A program made the position numbers and the translations under genes. From Callorhinchus milii (Eukaryota): a stretch of DNA of 64,000 bases. A model generated the notes under the pieces. It did not search any database, had not been told where the DNA came from, and saw only the letters and a program-made list of their open reading frames with translations. Positions 12,986 through 25,989 of the stretch are shown one piece after another (position 1 is the first letter of the stretch; every line of letters begins with the position of its first letter). The stretch spans positions 65,102,001-65,166,000 of the forward strand of contig NW_024704743.1 of the NCBI RefSeq assembly GCF_018977255.1. The letters are read 5' to 3'.

Positions 12986-14206
12986 ATTATAATAATATAA
13001 AAAACACTCAATTAGATTGTCAGGTCATCAACTGTATATTTGAGGTGTGATTCTGTTAGACACCTCATTTAACCATCTCAAATGTTGTTTAGACCACATA
13101 TTCCGAATATGCCATTGTTAACTCGCAGATGGCTAATTTGGCGATGGAATTAACGAGAGCAATCTGTTATATCCGGTTTTAGATTGCGGGACAAGAAGGG
13201 GGTTATCCTCTATGAGATTATGATCAGAGTTTTCATCTACATCTGATCACATGAAAGGAAGACCGGTGATGGAACACTTTTTCATTTTGAGATGAGGAAG
13301 AAAATAAATCCATGTGTTTTATGTAGCATCAGAGGCTGTACTTGTTCATTAATAGCACTTCTGTTCGCTAACAGTTTTTTAGTAAATATTATAAATAAAT
13401 AACTGAAACATGCCAAAAGTAAAAACTAACTCCAATTTCATCAGTTTATTGATACATAACAGTAGCAAAGAAATGAAAAAACACATTGAAACCTTTAGGC
13501 ATATCCTTTCTGTAACTATTTACTCAGTAAATAAATGACATGATTTGACCCTTAATTTTGTTACGTTTTAGGGCAAGACAGGAAACTTCCCATAAAATAT
13601 GAGATGTTTAAATGTCTAAAATAGCTGAGATTTCCTCTTTCTCTTGGATCCCATTATTATTTAATATTTCCACTGAGGAAGCTATTCCGTAGTACCAAAT
13701 ATTTTCACATGTATTCAAACTCTTAGAGCGTAATGGACAAGGATGTTTGTTTTGGCTGACGAGCACATTTCCTCTGCGCAGCAAAATACAATGTAATCGT
13801 CTTCTCCACTGCCCCGCAGTAAAATTAAAACTGGAATAAACTCACTTAGATATTAAAAAAAGTGTCCCAGCCAGGCTACTGGAACACAGTTATATACATA
13901 TATATATACACACACATTGTATAGATATATATATTAATAATCATTCCTACATTTAATATAGCGCCTTTTAGATTGTGAGGATATCTCATTGAGCTTCACA
14001 TGATATATTGTAAAGTGTAATTTCTGTGTATTTTGTAGTATAAATATTGGATATACACACAAAAGAATCTAACATTTTAAAATCAAGTGACATTAGGAAG
14101 ACTGTTTAAGATCAAGAATATTAATTTATGTATTCTTAAATTCAGATCAGGAACCCGTGATAGGAGTCTATCTTTTATACTCATACACATTTAAGTATAA
14201 CAGAAA

Positions 14207-14569
14207 TATAATAATCCTTGCATTTGATATGGCGCCTTATCACATCTTTGTGAGACGCCTCAAAGCGCTTCACAGAATATACTGTAAAGTGAATTGACTG
14301 TATATTTTATGGGCGAAACACAGCAGTTAATTGCGCACAGCAGAGTCCCACAAACAGTCATAGACTGAAGTGACCAATTTATTATTATTATTTTTTTTGA
14401 AAGAATTATTACCCCCCAATCGACTAACAATGGGGTTCCTACTTACTGCTAGGTGAACAGTGGCCGGTGGAGTAAGGAAACTTGCCCAACATTTCGCCCT
14501 GCCAGGAATTGAACCCAGCTCTCTCGCTTGTGATGCAAGTGCTCTAACCACTGAGCTACAGGACTCCAC
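14207..14569 (-). mobile_element. tRNA-derived SINE with L2-like tail (long form, full length)
   Basis: Starts gtggagtcctgtagctcagtggttagagc, B-box gggttcaattcc, central block present, (att)n tail. Confidence 0.9.
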
Positions 14570-15655
14570 AAATGTTACAGTTCGTGTAATACAATTACGG
14601 TCATGGCACAAACATATTTGTGGAGTAATGTTTTCAATTATAGTATAGATTAGAAATAATCACAAATAAAATGTTACATGTCAAGGAAATGCAAAATACT
14701 TAATGTAATGGTAGATAGAAAATGTTATCATCTTAACGTTCACAATGTTAAAATGATAACATTGTTAATGTTAAGATTTTAATATCAATATCTCAAGAAT
14801 CTTGGAACAAAGTTTTATATATATAACATGTACTTTATAGCAATATGCACACACATATCTAACATATCTAACATCTTACAAACTCTTTGAGATCCAGGAG
14901 AAGAGAGTTTAATATAAATCTTTCACAGGTTTAATTTTTTATGGAGTAAACGTTTGCATTGCAACAAATTTGATGTCAATTCTGATTGAAGGTCATATTC
15001 AAAACTTTAACCTCGCATTCCCCTTTCATTACCAAACGACTTCCACGCATTTTCTGCATTTAAATAATGTATGTCTGTGTAACCACACCCAATAGGTCAA
15101 GATGGACAAAAAAGGTTTCTGACAACCAGATCTCATCAGAGAAAAATAGGTCTCACTCATTCTTTACATGAAATTGTATCCAAAGTAAGCCACTTTGCAA
15201 ATAGGAAAAGTTCCTTGAACAACACAGTTTTGATGTTTCAGATTTATCCATGTGATTGTCCCTTCTCACACTATATAAATAGGTTCTCCCTCAGGCTACT
15301 GTCATCTTATTTTCCCAGAAGTATGTGTGAACAAGTCACAATGTGAAAATGCTGAAACCATTTTCTTTTTTCCAAGCTACCTGATCCCTGGAAGAAAGAG
15401 GACAAAGGCAAGTTGATGGGTGTGAATTCAACGTATGAAGGGTGGTTTCATTTGCAGGATAGATTGATATTACGAGCGGGATCATTTTACTTTCTTCTTT
15501 AATCTCACAAAATACAATCTTTAATAGAAGGTGGTTCTTTTTGCAGAAAGTGTTTATTCTTTCAAGAATAAATTAGATAAATTTCTGTTAGGAAATAATA
15601 TATCGTGATACAGTATATAGTTTGGGACTTAATATGTGCAAGCGACAATCAGGAC

Positions 15656-15975
15656 AATAATAATAATAATACTTGCATTTGATATAGCGCTTTTCACGTC
15701 TTCTAGACGTCCCAAAGCGTTTCACAGAATATACTGTAAAGTGAATTGACTGTATATTTGTGGACGAACGCGGCAGCCAATTGCACACAGCAATGTCCCA
15801 CAAACAGTCATGGATTGAAAATGACCAATTTATTATTGTTTTTTTTTGGAGGGATTATTATTAGGCTCTGTGTGGAGTAAGGAAACTTGCCCAAGGTTTC
15901 GCCCTCTGCCTGGAATTGAACTCAGGTCTCTCACTTGCAAAGCGAGTGCTCTAACCACTGAGCTACAGGACTCCA
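15656..15975 (-). mobile_element. tRNA-derived SINE with L2-like tail (short form)
   Basis: Intact A/B boxes; near-identical to 5901-6211 and 63438-63763. Confidence 0.9.
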
Positions 15976-16204
15976 GGATGGTAGAAGACAAACTAGATGG
16001 AGCAAATTCTTATGTTCTTATTTCTAAAAAATGTGGCAGGTATGTTTTAGGTAAAGTTTGGAAATTGAGATTGTAAATTTAGGGGTCCAAAAGAGAATTC
16101 ATATAGTTGTGCTTGCATCTGATACAGTGCCTTAGCATATACTATACTAGTCCATACTACTTTCAGAAACTATCCAACTTTGGTACTGCTGTAAAAATCA
16201 CATG

Positions 16205-16630
16205 AAACAACAACAACAAATTACATTACAAGCACCTTTCACGTCGGGAGGACGTCCCAAAGTACTGGACAGTCAGGGATTTGGACCCGAGCAGGGGGTT
16301 GGGATCAGGGAAGGTAGAGGGCAGGGAGGGTAGGGAGGAGGATAACCGAAGGTGAGGTCAAAGAGGAGGATCTTGATATTGCCTTGAAGGAGGCAAGGGA
16401 GGGAGCAAGGCTAAGGGACTGTGGGATGGAGTTCCAAAGAGTGGGGCAGAAGGGCTCAAGGCCTGACCGCTGATGGTGGAGTGGGGGACATGGAGCAGGC
16501 TGGAGTCTGCTGAGCAGAGGGAGCAGACAGGTTGATATGGGGTCATCAGGTCACAGAGGTAATAAGGAGCAAGGCGTTGGAGGGCTTTGAAGGTGAAAAT
16601 TTTAAATTCTATCCTCTGGGGAATGGGGAA
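16205..16630 (-). mobile_element. L2 LINE 3' fragment
   Basis: (caa)n tail, cctttcacgtcgggaggacgtcccaa stem-loop, G-rich UTR, and ORF2 remnants PQRIEFKI / PYQPVCSLCSADSSLLHVP. Confidence 0.85.
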
Positions 16631-19306
16631 ACATCATGAAAGATATACTTCTTGTTATCTACACTTCCAAAAGGTGAGAACCGACTCTCCAGTATGAAGT
16701 CTCCTATCCACTAACCCTTAGGGGTATGTCACACTGCTATAAATTGCCCCGTCTGTTGAACTGGCCAAGAGTGGACTAAACTTAAACAACTGTCCACTAG
16801 TTGCTGACCTGGGGATGTGCATCCAATGCTCTGGCTCCAGATTTACTGCCTTCCCCCCACAGGAATTAATGTGCTTGTTGCTAGTTAATTCCGGGTTCAC
16901 CAATATTTTAAGTAATTTGTATGAACAGCATTACTTAACTGAATAAATATAATCAAGTTTACTTTACTGGGATTATTTTCATGCAGAAACAATGTTCTGA
17001 ACGTTCTGTGTGAACAACATCACTTAACACAGATCGGCAGAACATAGTGTACTAGTGCTAATGTGTCTTGCCAGTTTTAGTGAAAGTATTCAGCAGAGAC
17101 CATATGTGAATATCATGTGATTTGAATGTGACCCGACCAGACAGTCTGCAGAGGTCCAATTCCCTTGACAGGTAGAGCTGTCTGCTTCAAAATAATTGGC
17201 TGTTGATCCAAGCCCACAGCTACTTAAATACTAGTTCAGAAATAAGTGCATTTTAATTGATTACTTTGTAAAAAAATAACAGATGCCATTTTATCCAGGA
17301 TTCTCTGCCACCCCTGTCTGGTTCCTTTACACAGCAATATCTTACACAATAATATTTACAAACTAGAACTGTTACAAAGTCATTAGCTGACTCAGTCCCA
17401 TATCCAGTTTCCATATTGCCCTTTAAACAGTACGTTTATATGTTTAACCAACAAAGCGTTGGAAATTAAAGTTTTTTTTAAGTACTGTATACAGTATTCA
17501 GTTCTTAGCAATATTTTGCAGCATTAAAAAAGAACACTTTCAGGACGAGAGGAAGACATTTTAGTTCAAGGTTTTTAAATACTGTATCTCCTTAAATCTT
17601 GATAATCCATTGTTACTGTGTTTGAAGGGATTATTTTCAAGCACCTATAATGTATAGAGTAACCCAACTTCATCTTTACTTATCTTTACTTAAGAGTTTT
17701 TTCCCATTAACTTAGCATTATTGAGCTGAAATAAAAACACAAAACAGGCTTGAAATGCACAGCAGATCAATCAAACTCAAAAGAAAGAGAGGTTAGTGTT
17801 TCTTCAGGTGTTCTGTGAAAGTGTCTCACCCAAACCCATCAGATATAATAATAATGATAATCTTCGCATTTGATATAGTGTCTTATCATGACATAGAGGC
17901 ATCTCAAAGCACTTCACAGGATATACTGTACTGTGAAATGGTTTGAGTGTATTACGCAGGTGATCTCTCTGATTTGGTTGATTGACATTATGTATTTCCA
18001 GCATTTAATGTTTTAACTTCACGTTTGCAATAGTTACCAATTTCCTTTTTTTTTCTCTCTGTGAATGTTTTCAAGCCACTTGGTCCAGTTGATATGAACC
18101 AGTCAGCTGCAAATGAATCAGACTCACAGAACACGAAGTTTGAGAAAACTTGTACCAAGCTGCAAGTAAATTTGAGTTTCAAAAATAAGCTAGAAATTCG
18201 GTCTTGTCCAGCTACCTTATTACCATTTTGTTTCACAACTGTGAAAGACGCTGCTAGATTTCAATGAAAGTCTAAATTCATTTGATTTGTCTGTCATTCC
18301 CACAACTATTATTTTTCTTATTGTTGATCTGGAGTTTGCATTGTACAGCTCTCACCAGTGCCAGTGTACAACTATAAATAGACGTACTGTAAAAACATGT
18401 CATTAGGCAGGGAAGTTTATACAGACATATTTCCCTTAAAAATATATGCAATATTTCCCATGAAAATGGAACTATAAAAACAATCCAAATAAAGGTGATT
18501 GAGAGATAACTTGCATTTTGACATTTTGCATCACTGACATCAACATTTCCAGTATTTATATAGCTTTGCACCAGAAATTCTGTTGTTTTGTAATTGTGAG
18601 CCACAAAGCGGTGTATAAGATCCTCCATGCACATTCAACTGCATCACTAGATACCTTCACACATCAAGTTAAATGGAGGAGGCATCTGAACAGTTTCTGC
18701 AATGTACAACTATCAGCTTCCACAATATGCACACTTTTCCTAGTCAGATTATTTCTTCCTATTTTGGTATTAGTTTTATTTGATTTAATTTCAGTTTCCT
18801 TCATCCACTTGCTTCCCCTGCTTTTGCCCCATTCCAGGTATTCCGCTTATCTATTTCTGTGTCTATTTTGTTTTCTGCCCTCTTGATTTCTCAATGCGTT
18901 TGTCTTTCTAGCTTTTTATTTCCATTTCCTTGTCGGCCTCACGTTCCTCCATTGCAATATTTCGGCTATTTTCTTTCCCCAGACTGACCTACCTGCTTAA
19001 TAGACACAAGGATATTGCCAAAGAAAGGCCCAGCATTGACTTTAGACATAACAATGAGAGGAGCTGGCAGGCAGGCAGGCACTCCCTGTGCTTTTCCCAT
19101 AATTAAACTGGTTATGAAAGAGAACATCACAGCAGTTCTTTGTTAAACATATCCACGATTCATGAATTTTTATCTTTTTCTTTTATATTCAACTTCCCCA
19201 GAAGACGTATATGTCACATCGCACTATTGCAGGTTGTGACAAACACCACTTGTAATGAATGCTATTAGTTTCCTTAAAGTTCTGTGGAACTCCAAAGTAA
19301 CATTAC

Positions 19307-19495
19307 CTCTTGTGCCCTCTGAGCCACGCTCATCATGGTGTCTTGTTGTGGAGGAGCTGGTGGTGGAGGTGGCGCTCTGCGTTTCTTTACATCTGTCACA
19401 GAAGGCATCTTCGATATATTGCTGGCAGAAAGGGATGGATTCAAAACCGTGGATCGCGTACTGACCGTCGGTGTGCACGGAGCTGTTGAAGATCC
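19307..19495 (-). CDS. COBL: Cordon-bleu family coding exon (189 nt, phase 0 to 0) with KRAP motif
   Basis: Acceptor ctgattgtag|GGA TCT; donor CAA GAG|gtaatg. Encodes GSSTAPCTPTVSTRSTVLNPSLSASNISKMPSVTDVKKRRAPPPPPAPPQQDTMMSVAQRAQE. KKRRAPPPP is the syndapin-SH3-binding KRAP motif; RS..L.PSLS resembles COBL. Confidence 0.92.
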
Positions 19496-19829
19496 CTACA
19501 ATCAGATCGTCACAAAGGATAGAAAATATGGATTAAACTCAACGATGACTTTCAGAACTAATAATAATAATCCTTGCATTTGATATAGCATCTTTCACCT
19601 CGGGAAGAAATCTCAAAGTGCCTCACTGGAGACACTGTAGAGTGCAGTGACTGGGTATTTTGTAGGCAATTTGCACACAGCAATGTCCCACAAACAGTCA
19701 TGAAGTGAATCACCAATTTAATTTGATTCATGTTCAGTAACAAAAACGATTTTCTGAAAATGATTGAAGAGTTTACATCTGTCTTATAGCACGTTCCTTC
19801 ACATTGGATCATGATTTGAGTTGAAGTCA

Positions 19830-20215
19830 CGTTGGGAGTTTGAACTCACGAAGTCTAGACTGACACTCCAATGCAGTGCTGGGAACATGCTGCATTGTTG
19901 GTGGTGCTTTCCTTCATTTGAGGTGTTAAACTGAGTTCCTGTCTGCCTGTTCAGATGGATGTTAAAGATCCCATGGCACTATTCAAAAAGAGAAAGGAGT
20001 TTCTTCCAGTGTCCTGGCCTGCAACCCCCCAGATAAAATTAATTGTTCACTTAATGGCCATTTGCGGGACACTGGTTTGTTCAAATTGGCTGCTGCTTTT
20101 GACTATAAAAACAGTTAATACACTTTACAGTAAATTCTGTGAAGTGCTTTGAAATGTTTCCCCCTTCCCCCCACCACCCCAGACGTGAAAGGCTCTATAT
20201 CAAATTCAAGGATTA
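19830..20215 (+). mobile_element. Deu-domain SINE
   Basis: gactgacactccaatgcagtgctg...gttaaactgag...ctgcctgttcagatggatgttaaagatcccatggcactatt...gtgtcctggcc, with L2-like tail. Confidence 0.8.
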
Positions 20216-23200
20216 AGAACATAAGAACATAAGAAATAATAGATGAAAAAAGACCAAGGTCCATCTAATTTGTCTTCCACCTTCCTGGCGGTCGCATGCA
20301 CATATGTCCCAAACTACCTATGTACTAATATCCCATAATGCTATTTCCTAAAAGAAAACTATCTAATCTATGTTTGAAAGAATCAACACTTCCTACTTCA
20401 ACCATCTTCCACACTAAACTATTGTTTGCGTAGATTTGTTTTGAATTTACCCCCCTTCAATCGCAGGATTATTAATACAACTGCAAAATTAACTTTGCTT
20501 TGCCTTATTAATACTAAAGAATTCTTGTATGATACAAAAAGCAGCACTTTGATTGTGAGAAATGATACAATCATATCCTTAAAGGAAAACCATTCAATTC
20601 AGATTTGCAAAACCATTCTTTGACTATTACAAGATAATCAGAATTCCTAAGATTCCCTCTACCTGAACCTTGAACACTTGGGATTAGAGCAAAAGGAATA
20701 CTCTTTGGAGAACAGAAATACGCGAAACACTCAAATCTCCTGATAATGACAACAGGAAAGAATGCAATCCTGCTTGCTAGTGCATCAAAGTGTCCATTAA
20801 TACACTGTTTGACCGTAAATCTAGTTTTTTTCAGGTTGTGCTCGGGAGTTGAGGGAGACCATGGTTCAAATCTTGCTGGGAACCTGAAAATGTCATCTGT
20901 GGAATGCAAGTAGTCATGGTTTCATAATGCACTGAGAATGTTAGATTGAACTCCTGCTGAGCATTTTCCTCAATTACTGGGGGACGGTGGGGGGAGTACT
21001 GAGCGGTTGGGTAGAAATTTCAGTTTTATCCTTTGCCTGTGATTATTCAGTCCCCCTTGGAGATGGAATGGATTGATAGAATTCCTGACAAGAGAAGTTG
21101 TGTTGAGCTTCGCATTGTGCTCAACGTCCCTTTCTTTTTCCGTCAATACACCTTGGGCAGCAACAACAATTTATATGTGGCCCTTGACGTGGGCTAGTTT
21201 TAAGATGTTCTAATGATGTGATAATGCGCTATATATAATGCAAAGCTTATTATTATTATGCAGTGTATTATTTGGGATGATTATATGGCTCCTACTAAGC
21301 TAAAGCAAACACTGCTACCAGAAGCCCAGAAATAAAGACCTAGCACTCGAGCTCGGGGTGGATAAGAGAGGAAAGATGACTGAAAACACAGTCAAAGAGG
21401 TAGGTAAACCTTGAACAAGGCGACAAAGAAAGTAGTCAGAGGGTCTCTGAGATGGAGTGGCAGAGAGTGGGGCAGAATTAGATAAACATTTAAAGAATAA
21501 AAGTAAAAGAGTATGGAGAAGACCAGGGAAATGTGGTTACAGTAATTAGCTCCACCAATGGGTGAATCAATCTCCAACTAGGCTGTAATTTCTATGATTC
21601 CAGTGGCACAGGTGCTCCCTAATGGTCACGTAACGCTACCAATTTTGTTTGCAAAGCAGTGTATGATGCCTTCAGTTGAAAATGCAACTACTTAGATAAT
21701 TATTTGGAGAGGACAAGTGTGCAGGGCTATGGGGAGAGAGCGAGGGAGTGGATTGAATTGGATAGCTCTTTTCAAAGAGCTGGCGCAGCCACGATGGGCC
21801 GAATGGCCTCCTTCTGTGCTGTATAATTCTATGGTTCTTAGCAGCAGAGAGTGTGGGAGAGATTTACTAAGCATTGAGGAAACTACTCTAAGTGTCATAG
21901 CCAGGCCTGACTATTGTAGATGAGGAAGCTCTCACAACACAACACCCTGTTTCTATAGACAGTATTTTGTAATAGAATCTTAGCAGGTAAAGAAAATACA
22001 GTAGAACGCTTGTATAACATGCTTCATTATAATGTGAGTTCACTTGTGTTGGGGATGTGAACTAATATTTTACAACGAAAAGGGAAAACCCAACAGTGAA
22101 GTTGAGTTTCAAAGTGCAACAAAATATAGTTCAAAACATTTCTGTTGTTTCACTCAGTTAGTTCTGTACAATAAGTGAGATATAAGATTCTGACCCATTT
22201 GAAATGCACCATCGTTGTCTAAAACAATAGAAATTTGACACTTTTTGTTAAGAACAAAACAAAAAATCCAAAATGGGGCAGAAGACAGGGTGGGAGCAAG
22301 CTCACATTAAAAAACGGTTGGTGCCCACACACTAAAAAATGACCAACTTCCAGGTCATCAGATTGCTGCCAACCTCACTTCCACATAGACTGATGATTCT
22401 AATGTTGGCCATTTGTTAGCGGGGGGAGCTGGCTGGCACACAGAAAGCACTGTATACATACACTGTGAATGCAGATGGGCTGACTGGCGATCGTGCCCCA
22501 CTAAAAGGTGGGTTGGGATTTTATGGACCTAAAGTTCTACCTTACAAGTGAGCTCCATGGTATTTAATAATTAGCACAATTTACTAAAATCTCACAAACC
22601 AACTTAACATGATTTAAATGGTAAGCAGCATCCTGGCCAATAACCTCCTGAATAAAATTGGTTTCCCACTTCATAGCTGTTCGTGGTACATTGCTGTGCA
22701 AATTGGCTGACCGTTCACCCACAAAATTGTACAGTCACTACACTTTACCGTATATCCTATGAAGCGCTTTGAGGTATCTACCTGTCATGAAAAGTGCAAA
22801 ATTTTTATTATTATTAATAAAATCTCCCTTGCAGCAGAAGGATGCCGGGAGCTGGAAAAGAATGAAATACCGATTGCATCGATGAGCCAGTAGTTACTTG
22901 CAAACATGTTGCAGCTTTGAAACAATCGTGGAAACAATCACATTTCTCTCATTCTTTAAATGCAAGGTGGCAATTAAAGATTAGCAAATGGAACACTGGG
23001 CTGTCTTCAAGAGGGCCTTGGTTTCCTGTTTGCTATCCACTGTGGTCAATAAACTACCTCAAAATGTCAAGTTCATTTCTTGTATGAGGCTTGCGGGGGG
23101 TTTCCTTTCTTCCGTAGTTTAATGCCAACAACCACACAATGTACTCTCGTGTTAAGCAATTTCCTTTCAAGGCTTTAACCACAACTAATTAATCTTTTTT

Positions 23201-24463
23201 TTAAATGTTTATCACGTCTGATTTAACAATTTGTCAAATATTCTGCAACAAAAACAGAAAATCCCAACAACAAACTTCAGTAGTAAAGTGCAACAAAATA
23301 TAATTCAAAACAGTTTCATTGTATTCACCCAGTTAGCTCTATATGATAAGCGAGACAAATTATTTCCGACCCATTTGAAGTGCACCAAAGTCGTCGGGAA
23401 CAATGGAAATATGAGAATTTCTGTTAAGAACAGTAAGGCTTATCTTGAGTAAATGTTATGGCACATGCTGAGCACACAAATTCCTTGAACGCCCTTGCAG
23501 TTTAAGTGTTCTTATCCAACTCCTAAATTTGGTTTTGTTATATCAAGTAAATGTTGTAGGTCTTGATATTTTTGTAATGTTATTGTAACTCTTGTTCTAT
23601 TTGTTCCTTGTCAAGTGATGACTTGATTCCTCAGACTCCTGAAAACATGAGCTGGCACCTTCTCAGCATTACTCTGTCTTAGATGGCGCCACTTGGTTGA
23701 TTCCCCTCGCCTCCTACTATTCAACCTTTAGTTAATACTTGAATCTAGTGTCACTATTAGCCAACTCCCCCGAGGACTGAAGTTGGTATCTTTGTAATTA
23801 CTGCAGATACAAATCTCTACACGGTTTCTCATCAGTTTGCATTTTTACTTAACTTTACATAATCGACTGTGATTACCAACAGAAACTTTGAATAGTTTCT
23901 AAACGTTTAAAAGGTTTTCCTTTCACCCTGAGTGATTCAGATTTTTATTTCTGTTGTTTATTGGAAAGTTTTTTCCTCATTTAGGTTGAGGTGATGACAA
24001 TCTCTTCTTACGTCACATAAACTCGGCAGAGATTTTCATTTCTCTCATGAAATCCTGTGACTGACGAGATTATTTGGAATAAGCAAAAGAATGAAATAAA
24101 AAAAACTGGAAGGGAGGGAGGGAGGGAGGGGGGAGGAAAAAGATGAGGCAACAAGGCAAAACATAAACCAGAGACAGCCTATTTCAGCAGAACCTGTCCC
24201 ACCCTACTTCTGCGACCTCCTGAAACCTTACCATCGCAGCTGCTCAGCGAACAGTTTTCCTTTCTTCCATCACTTCATTTTGGTCAAAGAGTAAATAGAT
24301 AATGCAGTTAATCTCTCTACATTCAAACTCTATTGTACTAAACACTTGAAATGTCACATACATACGGGCATGAATTTGCATTTCAAGTTAAAAGCAGATC
24401 TTTGGAATCGGTTTATGATGAGAGCAGAATTCCTTAAGTACATTTCTGCTTTCTAAAACACCT

Positions 24464-24691
24464 AGGTCTGAAATTTTATCTACCTTTAAGATTTAATACA
24501 GTGCAGAACTTTGGAAAAATATTTAAAATTCAGTTCTAATTTCGAAACAAGTTTATTTTTTTAAGAACAATGGAAGACCAACTTCCAAATTAAGACCAGA
24601 TTGAAGAATTTTCGACAATTGATCTTAAAATATCTCAAATTTTAAGACAAAGTAGTTGCAACAGGCCCTCACTACGTGGAATTTCAGGCCT
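24464..24691. mobile_element. AT-rich foldback/MITE-like element
   Basis: Termini aggtctgaaatt / ggaatttcaggcct are inverted; interior is homologous (inverted) to 39601-39775. Confidence 0.55.
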
Positions 24692-25989
24692 GTTTTCCCA
24701 CATATTGCATCTCACAAAGGAAATACATTTCTGAGTGTTAGCTGTACATTTATATATGGAAAAATTAGTTAGCTTCTCAGGACACCACTTAGCACTTATG
24801 TTATGTCTGCTGCTTAAGAGTGTACACAATGTAAGTTTAGTCTTTAAAAAGCAAAACATCCTCATTCATCTCAACAGGGGGAAGTGCGTTCTCTTAAGTC
24901 AAGATAAGAGCAATGTTTATTTATGTGCTTCAAACTCCATACACACAATGCAATCATAGGAAACTTGGGGGTAAGGGGAAGGAAGGGAAACACTTCTCAG
25001 TGCAAAGTACTTCCTGTGCCCTTATGTTTTGTGCAAGCTTAAAAACAAAGATTTTCCTCGCAGGCAAGCTCAGCCATTCAAGATTTGTCAGTTACCAGTA
25101 AACACAGCAAATCTTGTGCCATTGCAGCACTTACTTTTCACTTTGAATTTAAATCGATTTTCCCCTTCCCTTGCGTCTTCCCCCTTTCTCTACTGACAGG
25201 ATAACTTTGGCCAACACTACAACAACAACTTGCATTGATATAGTGCCTTTCACACAGGGTAGTCTTGGAGCATACAGCTATGGAAAGAAACATTCACTGT
25301 GAGGCACTAAGGTCCAGCTCGAGTGAATGGCTCACTAACTCAGCCTCCTCTCAATAGAGGAGTGTAACTCAACTCTGATCAACATCTCCCCGCAATTGCA
25401 CAGTTAAGCTTAAAAGCTCAGCAGATGGAGAGTCATGTGCAGACAGGCCCATGCCCCATTCCTCTGTGGCACAGTATACTGAAACATCAATTGGCTGGGT
25501 CATCATGCCTCTGTAGTTACCACATTAACAAAATAAATACCATTTTCTCGTAAGCCCATAGCCATAAGAATTGGCAATGAACCTCATTTTGCATGAATGA
25601 CAAACTGACTTTATTTTTAATTCTGATCTTTAAAGTTCAACTTCATTAGACTTGAGTGAAGTACAAATCTTACTTTAATGCCTCTTTCACTGCCTCTCAC
25701 ATCCTTGAAGATGACGCAAGAAAAACCTTCTCATTTGATGGGTAACTTTTCTCTTACCTTTAGCCTGCGGACCTCTCTCTCTCATTACCAACTCTCTTGA
25801 TTATATCAGCATTGCTATGGTTATTACTCCTCTGAACTTTCTATCCTCCAGGCTGGGGGGGTGGAGGGGAGGCTAAGTGGGGTCTCCTTGGAGCTGAACT
25901 TTGCCCTCTTGTACTTCCTGAGATCCTAACATGCCACCCTACATGCTCTTCCTCTATCCTAATAATGAAACCAAGTCTCTATCTCAGTC

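Noticed and set aside
14495..14569. tRNA-like sequences here and at about 15905-15975 and 63690-63763
   Set aside because: They are SINE heads continuous with SINE bodies, not stand-alone tRNA genes.
19224..19478. ORF-track proteins over the KRAP exon (84 aa minus; 69 and 82 aa plus)
   Set aside because: Wrong frame or strand; the splice-compatible frame gives KKRRAPPPP.
25135..25192. Minus-strand AG...GTAAGT-bounded segment
   Set aside because: 55 or 58 nt, so frame-shifting; no homology.
25758..25850. Strong minus-strand donor AAG|gtaaga
   Set aside because: In-frame TAA/TGA lie just upstream in phase 0, and no acceptor was found.
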